Assembly: GCA_024679065.1 (NCBI GenBank)
Contig: JAGIQG010000009.1
Span: 110,298,001-110,362,000 of the forward strand
Source: Sphyrna mokarran
Taxonomy: Eukaryota
Reading direction: 5' to 3'
DNA: 64,000 nucleotides
The position numbers were made by a program, and so were the translations under genes. Every line of letters begins with the position of its first letter. Positions within the stretch are counted from its first letter, which is position 1. Below the pieces are notes generated by a model. The model was given only the letters and a program-made list of their open reading frames with translations. It did not search any database and was not told the DNA's origin. Below are positions 48,051 through 61,694 of this stretch, in pieces.

Positions 48051-48829
48051 AGTCATCGCATCATCCCTGACATCACAATGACTTGACCCTGTTTAAGGTC
48101 GGAAACCATCATTGACAACAATTTGTACATAATTGACATTTAATATGCAAATTGTAAAATCACAGATTGTAAATTAAAACAATACAAATAAAAAGTGAAT
48201 TAAATATCTTGTGTCTTTCCTTCCTTATTTACTCCCTGCCTCAGTCAGTCAAACCACCCAGTCCCATCCTCCATGTCTTCCCGTTTCCCAGTCTGTGACG
48301 GGGTTTTCTCCCCCGTTTCCATTTCTCAGTCTGCTCCCACAACTCGAAAGCTTAAGAGGGAAGTTCAAACACTGAAGCAATGACAAAAATGCATTTCCCT
48401 GGGATGTGAAATTTGCACCTTTTCCCTATTTAACTTTCTCACTTCAACATGATTTAATCTGAAGAGGACCCCTTTTCCACAACCCAATTGCTATGTTTTA
48501 AAAGGAGTCAATATAACCCAGGATGATGTTTTCCCTCATTGAGATGCCAATAATGAGGGGATCACAGTCTCAATATACAGGTTGGACTGCTTAGAACAAA
48601 GATGAGGAGAAACTTCTTTACTCAGAGGGTGATGAACCTGTGGAATTTTCTACCATAGGGAGCTCTGGAGGCCAAATCACTGAATGTGTGATCGAACAAA
48701 TTTGGTAAATTCTCGGCTTGAAGACATTAAGAGGAGAACACGGAAGTATGGCATTGAGATACAGGGTGGCCATAATCATACTGAATGACAGAGCAGTCTT
48801 GAACGCTGTTATTTGCTTTGTTTTTATGT

Positions 48830-49400
48830 ACAAGACACACCAATGTGCAGAGAAACCCAAGACAATCTACAAGAGTCCCAGCAATGCTTCTTGGGTGAGG
48901 ACAAGGATCTAGGATTCTGTGTTTCCAGATGTGGCTGTCTCAGTGAACTTCAAGCTGGACACTGGAGCCAGTGTTATGATTTTCTCTGATAAAGCTGAAA
49001 GAGTTCTGGTCATGAATAACAGACACGCTATTCTCAGGGCCTGAAGAATCAGACTTCTAGTCTTAGACATCATCCTAGAATCATTATATCTGGTGACAAG
49101 CAAATATTCAAAATATTGTATGTCATCTGAAAACAATCCTGTTTTCTCCTGAGCAGAATATGTTGCTGAGGAAAACATCAAAACAACCTCAACGGTCAAC
49201 TATACAGAGTTGCAAGTTCCCAAGGGGTCACCCAATAAGAAAATTCTCGCTGAGACCTCAGTTCAGAATTGTCTTTGCTCTTTGCACATCCTGTTTGGTC
49301 AAGCCATTTGCAAAGTAGCAGGAACTCCTCAGTGCTGACCAGCGCTGGGTTCCTATGGTAGCAAAGAATTCAAACGTTGTATATATTCCGGATCTTTCTT
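48830..49400 (+). mobile_element. Gypsy-like LTR retrotransposon remnant (aspartic protease motif); duplicate begins ~63850
   Basis: 48943-48987 encodes VNFKLDTGASVMIFS (DTG catalytic motif); the surroundings are decayed and the boundaries uncertain. Confidence 0.55.
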
Positions 49401-50686
49401 ACCTAAAATAAACTGGACCTTTTCTAATGAACAAGGGGAATTAAGATGGCTGCACCAAGCCTTTTGATTATAGAGTTAGCCCTCTGTGTGGTAGCTACCA
49501 TCAGACTTTCAAAGACAAATGAACTCTTTTCTCAGTTTCTGGAATGCTATATCTCATTATGCATCAAGTTAGCCTTGAGCTTGTGTTGCACAGTATCTAC
49601 GTACATATAAAAAACCCCTCACTGGAGATTTTTGGGATATAATCAATAGAATAGAGAAGGGGGAGCCAGTGGATGTGGTGTGTTTGGATTTCAGAAAGCT
49701 TTTGATAAAATCCAACATAAGAGGTTAGCGTAGAAGATTAACTGGAAAAGTGCCAGCATAATCAAGGACACACGCACTCCAGACATACTCTTTTTCCTGA
49801 TGGAAGAAGGTGGAAAAGACAAAAGTCTCAGATTGTATACGAACTAACTGAAGAACAGTTTCTTCCCTGGTGCCAGACTTTTAAATGGACCTATCTTATA
49901 TTAAGTGAATCATTCTCTATATGCTAGCTATGACTGTGAACCTGTGGAATTCTCTACCACAGAAGGCTGTTGAGGTGAAATCACCTGAATATGTTTAAGA
50001 AAGAAATAGATTATTTTTGGGACAAAGGGAATGCACAGCAGTATTGTCACTGGACAAGTAGTCCGGAGAGACAGCCAAACACTCTGGGGTCTGAATCCCA
50101 CCGCAGCAGATGGTGAAATTTGTATTCAGTAAAAATATAGAATTAAAAATCTACTGATGATGATGAAACCAATGTCAATTGCTGTAAAAACCCATCTGGT
50201 TCACTAATGTCCTTTAGGGAAGGAAACTTTCTGTACTTATCTGATCTGGCTTACACATGACTCCAGAGGCACAGCAAACACAGTTTGTCCTTGAATGCCC
50301 CTGAAAATGACTGAACAAGCCACTCAATTAAAAGGGGCAGTTAGAGATGGGCAACAAAATGCTGGCCCAGCCAGTGAGGTCAAACATTCCATATATGAAT
50401 TAAAAAAAAGTATGGCATGAAGTAGAGAATTAGCTCTGATGATATTGAATGATGTAGCAGTCCTGAAGGGCTGAATGGCCTACACCTGCTCCCATTTTCT
50501 TTGTTTCTGTTATTAACAAAGAACAAATAACGTCAGCCTTAGAAGCCTCTGAATCCTTGTTTGGCATACTGAACAGCTTATGCAGCATACGCCAGGGACT
50601 CAGAGCAGTAAATAACATTAATTCCTTAGGTATTCAGCGAACACCATCAGGGAATAACTGGATCAAATATGTTCAGCAGGGTAATT

Positions 50687-50698
50687 GAAACTGAAAGT
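50687..50698 (+). promoter_or_regulatory. IRF/ISRE motif upstream of TRIM B
   Basis: GAAACTGAAAGT ending 30 bp before the ATG. Confidence 0.6.
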
Positions 50699-50728
50699 GG
50701 TTTGAATCAGGCAGTGCTGAGTGTGAAC

Positions 50729-51139
50729 ATGGCTTCCAGCCAGCAGGTTCAGGGTTTGACTGAGGAGGCAATTTGCCCCATTTGTCTTGAATTCTTCAAT
50801 GATCCGGTTTCACTGGACTGTGGACACAGCTTCTGCCTCTCCTGTATCACCCAGTGTTGGGGAAAGGAGAAGATAAACTCCTGTCCGGAATGTAGAGAGG
50901 AATTTCCAGAAAAAAACTTCAGGGTAAATCGAGCATTAGCGAATCTGGCAGAGAAAGCTCGACAATTAAAGCTGAATCGGAAAGAGAAGGAAAGTAAACT
51001 TCACTGTGATGAACATCAGGAAGAACTGAAGCTGTTTTGCGAAACTGACAAGAAATTGATCTGTGTGATTTGTAGAGATTCACAGGAACACAGAGAGCAC
51101 TATTCCATCCCGGTTAAAGAAGCTGTTGAAATCTATAAG
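50729..51139 (+). CDS. TRIM copy B, exon 1: RING + B-box2
   Basis: ATG 50729; CPIC..CGH..C..C..CPEC and B-box ligands intact; donor AAG|GTAAAA. Confidence 0.93.
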
Positions 51140-51229
51140 GTAAAAGGAAAAAAATTTGATCACCTGATTATTTGATCACATTTTCAGGATCTAACATTTT
51201 GATTTTATGATTTTCTCTCCCAATCCCAG

Positions 51230-51325
51230 GATGGGGTGAAATCTTCCTTCCACTCTTTCACAGAGAAGAAATTGACAGATCTAGAACTGGAACAGCAACA
51301 GGCACAGAAGATTTCCCAAATTAAG
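51230..51325 (+). CDS. TRIM copy B, exon 2 (96 bp)
   Basis: tcccag| ... |gtagag; open frame; paralogous to 40377-40472. Confidence 0.88.
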
Positions 51326-51411
51326 GTAGAGAGTCTCTGATATTTGAAATTTGATTTTGTTTTATTGTCTCTATGACAGAAACATGTTTTTTGCATTTTT
51401 TCTTCTTCTAG

Positions 51412-51645
51412 AAACAGTCGATCAGTCTGCAGAGCCACATCACATCCGAGTTCACTAAAATGCATCAGATTCTCACTAAGAAAGAGCAGTGTTTAATCCG
51501 AGATCTCAGGGAAGAAGAGGAAAAAATTCTAAAACCAATGGAGAAAAACGTTTGTGAAATACAGGAGAATTTAAATTCTATTCAGGAGAAACTCTCAAAA
51601 TTGGAGAAACAGTTGGAACAAAAAGATGTATTGATATTTCTGAAG
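51412..51645 (+). CDS. TRIM copy B, exon 3 (234 bp)
   Basis: ttctag| ... |gtgagc; paralogous to 40566-40799. Confidence 0.9.
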
Positions 51646-51855
51646 GTGAGCGATTATTTTTCAGTTTAAATCAGTGAAAGTTCACAGTCACAACATGATC
51701 CACACGAGCCTCCTCCCCTCCTACTTCACTTTCCCGTCAACATACGATTCTGTTCTCTTTTCCCTTATGTTTATCCAGATTCTCCTTAAATGTATCTAAA
51801 ATATATCTTTTCCCTCTGTGGGTGCAGTTTCATACCCTGCTTTTGTTCTGTAGGT

Positions 51856-53775
51856 ATGATGTGGCAATGCTAGCATTGGATTGGGATAAACACAGTAAGA
51901 AGTCTCACAATACCAGGTTAAAGTCCAACAGGTTTATTTGATAGCACAAGCCACTAGCTTTTGTAGCATTGCCCCTTCATCAATAAGTGGGAATTCTGTT
52001 CACAAACAGGGCATATAAAGACACAGACTCGATTTACAAAATAATGGTTGGAATGTGAGTCTTTATAGGTAATCAAGTCTTAAAGGTACAGACAATGTGA
52101 GTGGAGAGAGGGTTAAGTACAGTTTAAAGAGATGTGTATTGTCTCCAATCAGGACAATTAGTGAGATTTTGCAAGCTCAGGCAAGTCGTGGGGATTACAG
52201 ATAATGTGACATGAACCCAAGATCCTGGTTAGGGCCATCCTCATTTGGGCGGAACTTGGCTACCAGTCTTTGCTCAGCAACTCTGTGTTGTTGTGTGTTG
52301 TGAAGGCTGCCTTGGAGAACACTTACCCGAAGATCAGAGGTCAAATGCCCATGACTGCCAAAGTGTTCTCCAACAGGAAGAGAACACTGTTGCCTGGTGA
52401 TTGTCGAGCAATGTTCATTCATCCAGTGCTATAGTGTCCGCATGGTCTACCCAATGTACCATGCCACAGGATATTCTTTTCTGCAGCATATCAGTATTCA
52501 ACGTTAGCCGAGTTGCAAGTGTATGTACCGTGTACCTGGTGGATGGTGTTCTCACGTGAGATGATGGTATCTGTGTCAATGATCTGGCACATCTTGCAGA
52601 GGTTGCTGTGGTAGGGTTGTGTGGTGTCGTAGTCACTGTTCTCTTGAAGTCTGCATAGTTTGCTACGGACAATGGTCTGTTTGAAGTTGTGCAGTTATTT
52701 GAAGGCAACAACTGGGGGTCTGGGGATGGCCTTGGCAAGATGTTCATCTCCATCAATGACATGTTGAAGAGACCAGAGCTGCTCTGGGGCAGTTCTGGAC
52801 GACGAAGGGTACTCTGTCTGCTGTGTCCTACGTTTGTCTCCTGAGGAGGTCAGTGCGGTTTTTCACTGTGGCATGTCAGGACTATCGATCGATGAGTCGA
52901 GCACCATATTCTGTTGTTTTGAGGGCATCTTTCGGCCCTCATCTGATCCTCTTCATCTGAGCAGCTCCTGTGTATATGGAGGGCTTACCCGTAAGAGATG
53001 GCTTCTTTAATGTGTTTAGCATGGAAGATGGAGAACTGGTTATGAGGCTATCCGTGGGTTTGTGGTATAGTGAAGTGCTTGAGGTGACTGTCCTTGATGG
53101 AGATGCGTGTGACAAAGAATGCAACCAATTCTGGAGAGTAGTCCATGGTGAGTCTGATGGTGGAATGGAACTTGTTGTCATCTTATAGTTGTTTCAGTGA
53201 TTGTTCACCAAGAGTCCAAAGAAAGAAAATGTCATTGATATACCTAGAGTATAGCATCAGTTGAAGTTCCTGTGGGGGACGAAGTCTTTTTCGAATTTAC
53301 ACCTTGGCTTATTGAGGTGCAAATTTAGTCCTCATGGCTGTTCCATGTGTCGGAAGAAGAACCAGTTATTAAAGGTGAAGATGTTGAGGTCCAGGATGAA
53401 GCGGATGAGTGGTAAAATTGCATCTGGAGATTGGCACTTGAGTATGAGGCAGTTGCAGCAATGCCATCGTCATGAGGGATGCTGGTGTAGAGTGTCGAGA
53501 GATTCATTGTGACGAGGAGTGCTCCTGCATCAACTGCTCCATATGTGCTGAGTTTTTGTAGGAAGTCCGTAGTGTCGCAACAAAAACTGGGGGTTCTTTG
53601 TACAATGGGTTTCAGGATGTCCTCGACATAGCCGGAGAGGTTGTCACCCAGGGTCTTGTTGCCCAATGTGATGGGACGACCAATGTGTTTGCCTTGTGTA
53701 TCTTTGGGAGGCAGTAGAGATCTTCAGCACAGGGAATATATGGGCTGAAAGCATGGAGGGTGTTCTGAAGGTCTG
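51856..53775 (-). mobile_element. Decayed Penelope-like element (RT + GIY-YIG remnants) in TRIM B intron 3
   Basis: ORF remnants 53325-53666 (LKPIVQRTPSF..DTTDFLQKL..LLVTMNLSTLYTSIPH, PLE RT) and 52195-52422 (MNEH..PVGEHF..H..DLRVSVL, endonuclease C-terminus); homologous to 37031-37931. Confidence 0.9.
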
Positions 53776-54627
53776 ATTTTGATTTGGTTTTTTATTTTTC
53801 ATTTATTGGAATACAATTAGAAGTATTGTTTCTTGCGCACTATACAGACAAAGCATACCATTGGTAGGGTACGTAGAGGAGAATGAAAGGAGAGGGTGCA
53901 GAATGTAGTGTTACAGTCATTGCTAAGGTGTACAGAAAGATCGACTTAGTGCGAGGCAGGTCCATTCAAATGTCTGATGGCAGCAGGGAAGAAGCTGTTC
54001 TTGAGTCGGTTGGTATGTATCCTCAGACTTTTATATCTTTTTCCTGTCAGAAGAAGGTGGAACAGGATATGTCTGGGGTGCAGAGATTGAAATATTCCAC
54101 CCTATGTTATGATTACTGTCCCTATTTCTGGATTCTCTACAGGTTGAAACATTTTACACTGAATCTATCAAATCCGACCCCTTTCATCATTTTAAAGACC
54201 TCTGTCAGGTCTTCTGTTTTCTACAGTAAAGTTGATCGATCTTTGCTGTTAGTTGAATCCTCTCAGTTGCTGTCAATCTTTTTGATATGTTCTCCATGTG
54301 CTTCAGTATCTTTTGATTTGATTTGACTTATTATTGCCACATGTATTAGTATACAGTGAGAGAATGTCCAAAGTAATGGGGGTCCTTGATTATGCTGGCT
54401 GCTTTTCCGAAGCACTGCGAAGTGTAGACACAGTCAATGGGTGGGAGGCTGGTTTGCTTCATGGATTGGGCTAACATCTGTCTTAATGTTAACATCTGTA
54501 ACATCCTCTTTCTATTCTAGCAATGAGAATTGACAATTCTCAGCAGCATGTAAAAATGTGAATGTCATTTCTGCTTTCTGATATAGATAGCCCATCTCTG
54601 TTAACTCAGATTTGTGTTTTATTTCAG

Positions 54628-54650
54628 GAGGAAACATCTCGGAAGAAAAG
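54628..54650 (+). CDS. TRIM copy B, exon 4 (23 bp)
   Basis: tttcag|GAGGAAACATCTCGGAAGAAAAG|gtaaga. Confidence 0.85.
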
Positions 54651-54747
54651 GTAAGACATGAAATTTACTGAAATTGAATGCAAGTTGGTCAAATTACCTA
54701 GGAAAGTGTTTGCTGTCAATTTATAACCAACTCTTTAATATTTACAG

Positions 54748-54863
54748 GACAACAGATCTGGATAATCAGCTCTCGCTAGTAGATGGTGTCCTGCCCACTG
54801 GAACATTCAATGGATCTTTACCGTTCCCAGTGTGGAGAGAAATGTTGGATTCCATTAACCCTG
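54748..54863 (+). CDS. TRIM copy B, exon 5 (116 bp)
   Basis: ttacag| ... |gtaaga; paralogous to 42015-42130. Confidence 0.88.
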
Positions 54864-55479
54864 GTAAGACTCATTGTTCCTTTATCCTGATTTCTTTGTC
54901 ATGATTTGAGTTGGTGGGGATGGCGGCAGAAAGTGGGTCTTCCGAGGTCCCCCTCATCCTCTGTCACGTCTATCTCCAACTCCCCCTTTGTGATGATGGG
55001 ACCCAATATCACAAATGTCTTTAAAAGTGTGACCCTTCCCTTGGAGCTCTCAAGCAACTCTGCATAGTTTGCTGCTCCTGTCCCTTTCGGGTGAATTCCC
55101 TCTCTGAGTCCCTATCCCTACCTGTTGGGTTAATCATAAGGGTGGAGAGATGGACATTACTTGCCCACCTAAGAGCTTCAATTCACAGATTGGTGAAAAG
55201 ATGTCTATGAGAATTCACTCCCTATTAGGGATCTATTAGGATGGATGCAGGAAGTTTCCTACCCACCACTTTCTGAACTGAGTAAAGTATCTGCTCAGAC
55301 ACCAGACTTGCCACAGGAGAGAATATTAAATTTCACCCAGAATCTCTCAGTGCCAAATTACAAAGGAATGTGGCAAAAAATGTCTTTCAATAGAGTTAAT
55401 GTTCGTGTACCAAATACACTTTCTAAACATGATCACCTTGAACTGGCCAGCTGAAACTGCCAGCTCCCTAAATATCTTC

Positions 55480-57195
55480 TACAAATACATGAAGGACAAA
55501 AGAGTAACAAGGGAGAGAGTAGGGCCTCTCAAGGATTAGCAAAGTCATCTATGTACGGATTCACAAGAGATGGGTGAGATCCTAAATGAATATTTCTCAT
55601 CAGGATTTACTGTTGAGAAGAACATGGATGTTAGGCAACATGGGGAAATAAACAGTGATGTCTTGAGGAGTGTACATATTATAGAGAAGAAGGTCCTGAA
55701 AGTCTTAAAGTGCATCAAGGTAGATAAATCCTGGGGACCTGATGAAGTCTATCCCAGGACATTGTGGCAGGCTGGGATATTTGAATTATCGATAGTCATG
55801 GATGAGGTGCCTGAAGATTAGAGAGTGGCAAATGATGTGCCTTTGTTTAAAAAGGGCTGCAGGGAAAAGCCTGGGAACTACAATGCAGTAGCCTCACATC
55901 TATGGTGGGTAAATTGTTGGAAGGTATTTTGAGAGACATTTATTATTGCAGGCATTTAGAGATGCAAGGACTGATTAGGAACAGTCAGCATGGCTTTGTG
56001 AGTGGAAAATCATATCTCACAAATTTGATTGAGTTTTTTGAAGGGGTAACCAAGAAAATAGATGGGGGCAGTGCAGTTGATGTTTTCTACATGGACTTTA
56101 GCAAGGCTTCTGACGAGGTATCGCATGCTAAGTTGTTGCATAAAGTTAAATCTCATGGGATCCAGGATGAGGTACCTAAATGAATACAAAAGGTGATTGT
56201 AGGGAGTTGTTTCTCATACTGGAGGTCTGTGACCAGCGGTGTGCCTCAGGGATCAGTGCTGGGTCCACTGTTATTTGTCATTTATATTAATGATTTTGAT
56301 GAGAATATAGGAAGCAGAGTTAGTAAATTTGCAGATGACACTAAGATTGGTGGCATAGTAGACAGCGAAGAAAGTCATCTCCAATTGCAATGGGATCATG
56401 ATCAATTGGGTCAGTGGGCTGACGAATGGCAGATGGAGTTTAATTTAGACAAATGCAAGATGATGCATTTTGGTAGATTAAACCAGGCAGGATTTACTCA
56501 GTTAATGGTAGGGCATTAGGGAGATCTTGGGTTATATGTTCATAGTTCCTTGAAAGTGGGGTCATGAGTGGACAGAGCGGTGAAGAAAGTCAGAACATTG
56601 AATACATAGTTGGGACGTCTTGTTGAAATGGTACAAAATATTGGTAAGGCCACCCTTGGAATACTATGTGCAATTCTGGTCACCCTATTATAGAAAGGAT
56701 ATTATTAAACTGGGAAAGAGTGCAAAAAAGATTTACTAGGATGCTAACAGGTCTTGATGGATTGAGTTATAAGGAGAGTTTGGATAGACTGGGACTTTTT
56801 ACTCTGGAGTGCAGGACGCTGAGGGATGATCTTATAGAGGTCTATAAAATAATGAGGCACAGAAAGCGAGATAATCAATATCTTTCCTCAAAGGTAGGGA
56901 AGTCTAAAACTAGAGGGCATAGGTTTTAGGTGAGAGGGGAGAGATACAAATGTCCAGAAGGGCAATTTTTCACACAGAGGTGAGTGTTTGAAACAAGCTG
57001 CCAGAAGTAGTAGTAGTAGTAGAGGTGGATACAATTTCGTCTTTTAAAAAATATTTAGATAGTTACATGGGTATGATGGGTGTAGAGGGAAATGCGAGCA
57101 ATTGGGATTAACATAGGAGTTTTAAAATAGAAAGGGTGGCATGGACAAATTGTGCTCAAGGGCCTGTTTCCATGCTGTAAACCACTATGACTCTA
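55480..57195 (+). mobile_element. Decayed CR1 LINE RT in TRIM B intron 5 (5' part also at ~42745-43255)
   Basis: SQHGFVSGKSYLTNLIEFF, GVPQGSVLGPLLFVIYIND..KFADDTK, LDRLGLFTLE; 3' tail. Confidence 0.9.
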
Positions 57196-57199
57196 TCCC

Positions 57200-59170
57200 C
57201 AGTACAGGAACTGTCAGGTGAAGTACTGTCTCCAGAACCCATCCATAGTTTATAAACTTCAGCAAGTGGAAACTCCACCATTCCAAACTCAACCTTTCCT
57301 CCTCTACAAGCAGCACATCCCTGCTTTTGCATTCTAGTCCTCTCAAAATGGATGCTAACATTACAATTGCCTTCTTAACTACCAACTCAACCTGCAAGCT
57401 AACATTAAGAGGATCTGAACTAAGACTCCCAATCCCCTTTGTGCTTCTGATTTCTAAATTCTCTCCCCATTTAGAAAACAGGCTACCCCTCTATCCTATT
57501 CTAAAAAAGTGCATAACCTCACACTTTTCCATGTTATATTCTGTCTTCTTCGCCCACTGTTCTAACCTGTCCAAGTCCTTCTGCAGCACCCCCCCCCCTT
57601 CTCAAAACCACTGTCTTGGTATCATCTGCAAACTTCACCACAATGTCCTCAATTCCTTCATCTAGATCATATATATAGAGTGAAAAGTTGTGATCCCAAC
57701 CCTGATCTTTGTGGAACTCCACTTGCCATTGGCTGCCATCCTGGAAAGAACCCTCTTATCTCCACTGGCTGCCTTCTGCCAGTCAGCTAATCCTCTATCC
57801 ATGCTAGTCGTACTATGCCCCTAACACCATGGGCTCTTATTCTCTCGTCTGCAGTTCTTTGCCTTCTGGAAATCCAAGTAGATAACATCCACTGCCTCCC
57901 TTTGTCTAACCTGCTCGTTCCCTCCTCAAAGAATTTTTACAGATTTGTCAGGCATGACCTCCCTTTGATGAAACCATGCTGACTTCACCCTATCTTACCA
58001 TGCATTCCAAGTACTCTCGAATCTCATCCTTAATAATGGACTCTAAAATCTTATCAATGACTGAAGTTAGGGTAATTTCCCATTTTTTGCTTCACTCCTT
58101 CTTTAAGAACAGTGTTACACTGATGATTTTTCAAACCTCTGGGGCCCTCCTTGACTGCAGTGATTCCTGAAAGATCACCACTACTACCTTTTCAGCTTAC
58201 CTTTACTCAACTGATTCTAGCTTCTCCATCTCAGGGTGAACTGCAGGGTGAGTTCTATCACATAATTGGCACTGCCTCCTAAGGGTTCCTTTACCTTCAG
58301 TCCCCTTATCAAGGCTGCCTCATTAGCCATCACCAAATCCAGAATTACCTGTTCCCTAGTGGGCTCCACTAAAGATGTGCCAAAAACTCATCACATTTAC
58401 ATTTCATGAATTCCTTTCCTTAGGATCCACTACCAAACTGATTTTCTTGTCTATCTGCATATTTAAGTTCCCCATGATCACTATAATCTTGCCCTTCTTG
58501 CACACCTTTTTTATTCCCTGGTCTCGTGCCCACATCCTGATTACTGCTCAGAGACCTGGTATGTAACTCCTATCGGGGATTCCTTTGCAGTTTCTCACTC
58601 TACCTACACAGATTCTACACTTCCTCACCCAACATCATTTCTTGCTATCGCTTGCATTTCCTAATAACAAGGCAACACAGCCCCCTCTGTCAACTTGCCT
58701 GTCTTTTGAATAGTGTGTATCTTTGGATATTTAGTTCCCAGTCCTGATCTCCTTGAAACCACTTCTCTGTGACGCCCACAATATCTATCGTACCTGTCAA
58801 TTTCAATCTACGCTACAATCCCTTTTTTCTCATTTTATATACAGCAAATACAACATTCTCCATCCTATATTAACCACTTCCTTTTCATCGTCATCCCCTT
58901 ATCTGCTGTGCTTGAAATCAGATTCCTAATCCTTTCTAAAAACTCTGGCCTATTATTTGTTCTGGAGACTTAAGTAACCTTTCTTGGGCTCTCCTTCCTT
59001 TTAACTTTGTTCAATAATTTTTCATGCAGTTGAATCCTATCGCGCACCCACCCCCCACACAACCCCTGTTGTGTGAAACAATGCTTTATATCCTATTAAC
59101 CATTGTATTTATAGTTTTACCTTTCCCTTTCCCCCACTTGCGAGTTTAATCTTGCTAGTTTTGACATTGG
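57200..59170 (-). mobile_element. Second decayed CR1 LINE in opposite orientation
   Basis: ORF 57534-57722(-): IYDLDEGIEDIVVKFADDTK; further remnants to ~59100. Confidence 0.75.
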
Positions 59171-59642
59171 GTTTCAATGACAATGGTAAATCATTATTAT
59201 TGAGTGTCACGGTGACACAGTGTCTCTGTGAGATGCTGTCTCACTGCACCAGGGACTCAGGTTCAATACTGGTATTGGATGACTCTGTGGGTTTCATCTG
59301 GGTGCTCCGGTTTCTTCCATAATCGGTGCAGACTTGGTGGACTGGAGAGCCTCTTCAGCATTGTAGGAATTCTAACATATCTCTCCGTTGATCCTTATAT
59401 CTCAGTGATTCCCAGTAAATCTCTATAGAATCCTCAGTAAATCTCTATCAGATCCTCAGTAATCTCGTCACCTGATCTCCAGCAATTGTCTGTTTAATCC
59501 CAAATGAGTTATTTTGATCTTTCTTCAGATACCTCTCAATCACCAAATCTTCTCTCATGATAGTCCAGCCTGTAGTTCCCTGAACACAAGTTATCTCCTT
59601 CCCAATACCCCAGTGACTCTAATTCTCAGCATTTTTCCCCAG

Positions 59643-60205
59643 TCTGTGTAACATTGGATGTGGAAACAGCGAATCCTCACCTCGAAATATCTGAGGACCT
59701 GAAGAGTTTGAGACGGACCAGACTTGGGAGGAGCTTTTCCAACAATGTGAAGAGGTTTACACATCATTTCTCCGTACTGGGATCAGAGGGGTTCACTTTG
59801 GGAAAATATTACTGGGAAGTGGAGGTGACAGGAAATCGGGGCTGGATTCTGGGAGTGGCCGCAGAGTCTGTGGAAAGGAAGGGAAGAGTCAAAGTGCTGC
59901 AAGAGACTGGATTTTGGACCATTGGACAGATTGGTGATCAGTTTTATATGCATTCCTCTCCTCCATCCTCTCTTCCTGTCAGTCTGATCCCCAAGAAGGT
60001 GGGAGTTTATCTCAATTATGAATCTGGAACAGTTTCATTTTACAATGCAGACACCAAGTCTCATCTCCACACCTTCACTGGGAATAAATTCACCCAGAAA
60101 CTTTATCCTTTCTTCTGGAGTCGGGATGAAAACCAATGGCTGCGAATCTGCTCCAGTTCTGATGAGGATCTGGAAATGGGTGGGTCCTCGAGGTGGTCAC
60201 ACTGA
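59643..60205 (+). CDS. TRIM copy B, exon 6: PRY-SPRY (B30.2)
   Basis: ccccag| phase 1; open to TGA 60203-60205. The six exons sum to 1443 bp (480 aa). Confidence 0.94.
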
Positions 60206-61694
60206 CTTGCCCTGTGATTAGGTTCAGGGGCAGAGATCAAGGGTTGGGGGTCAGAAACCACCATTGACAACAGATTGTTACTAAATGTGTCATTTAATTA
60301 ACAAATTGTAAAATCCCAACCAGACTGTAAATAAAAACAATATAAATAGAAATATCAGAAGATGAAAATAAAAAGTAAACTAAATATCTTGTGTCTCTTC
60401 TTCCTTCATTTATTCCCTGTTCAGTCGGTCAAAGCACCCAGTCCCATCTTTCATCTCTTCCCGTTTCTCAGTCTTTAGCTGGGATTGCTTCCTGTTTCCA
60501 TTTCTCACTTTATTCCCAGAGTGCAGAGCCTAGGGCGGAAATCCAAATTATGATAAAGGATGACAATACTGGGAGTCTGGGCATATAATCCTTGTTTTTT
60601 AAAATTTTCCATTAAAATTCTGTTGTGTTCATTTCCACAGAGCTTCTCCTCTACCCCCTCACTATTCTCTGCTTCTCCCCCAACACTCCCACTGCTAAGA
60701 GTGAGTTCCAGACCAAGCTGATGTCCTAGGTTAGCCCCACAAATTCCCACTGACTATGGCAAGGTATGCAAGACATCACAATTTATAAGATGAAGGCAGG
60801 TAAAAATCGCCAGTATCAATATACCCCTCTCCAATGAGATCAATGCATTCCAAGCCTGTTTTGAGCAGCCCTCCCACTACCTTAGAAGCCTAGGCTGAAA
60901 TTGTATCTGAGGTTACCATTACAAACATCAGAGCTGTCTTCCTGAAAGTCAACGCACAGAAAGCGACTGACGCAGATGAGAACTTCAATCCTGTGGGAAC
61001 CACCTGGGAGGTGGTATTTGAAGACGTCTTTAACTCTCCCTATACCAATCTGAGTTCCATATCTGTTACAGGATGCCAATCATCATCCCGTATCAAAATA
61101 AACCAGGCAGTATGCCTTAATGACTATTGTCCAGTGATTCTGACCTCCGTCATTATGAAGTGCTTCAAAAGGTCAGTCATGGCACAAATCAATTCCAGCC
61201 TCCCAGACTGCCTGGATCCATTATAGTTCACCTAGGGGCCTGAGGCTCAGCTCAGCCCTCTCTGACTGGATCCTGAACTTCCCAACCCACAGATAGCAGT
61301 CAGTAAGGATAGGCAACAACACCTCCATTATAATAATCCTCAACACTGGTGCCCCACAAGGCTGTGTCCTCAGCTCCCTCCTATACTCCTTTTATACCTG
61401 TGACTCTGTAGCCAGAGTCCCCATCCTCTCTCCACCCAATCCCACCACCAACACATCCTCATCTCATCATCCGGGTTCAATTATTCCCTGTCGGTCCTTC
61501 TAACCTTGTTTATTTTTCATTCTGCTCTGGGTTTTGTCTCCAGCTCTCAAAATGAGTGGGATCCAGAGTAAAAAAAAACAATAATTTGTTTTTTGACAGC
61601 AGTAAATGGCAGGGGGGATTACTGAACTGAATGTATTCAGCAGCAGTACAGCAACATTGAGACTGAAAGTGGTTTGAATCAGGAAGTTCTGACT

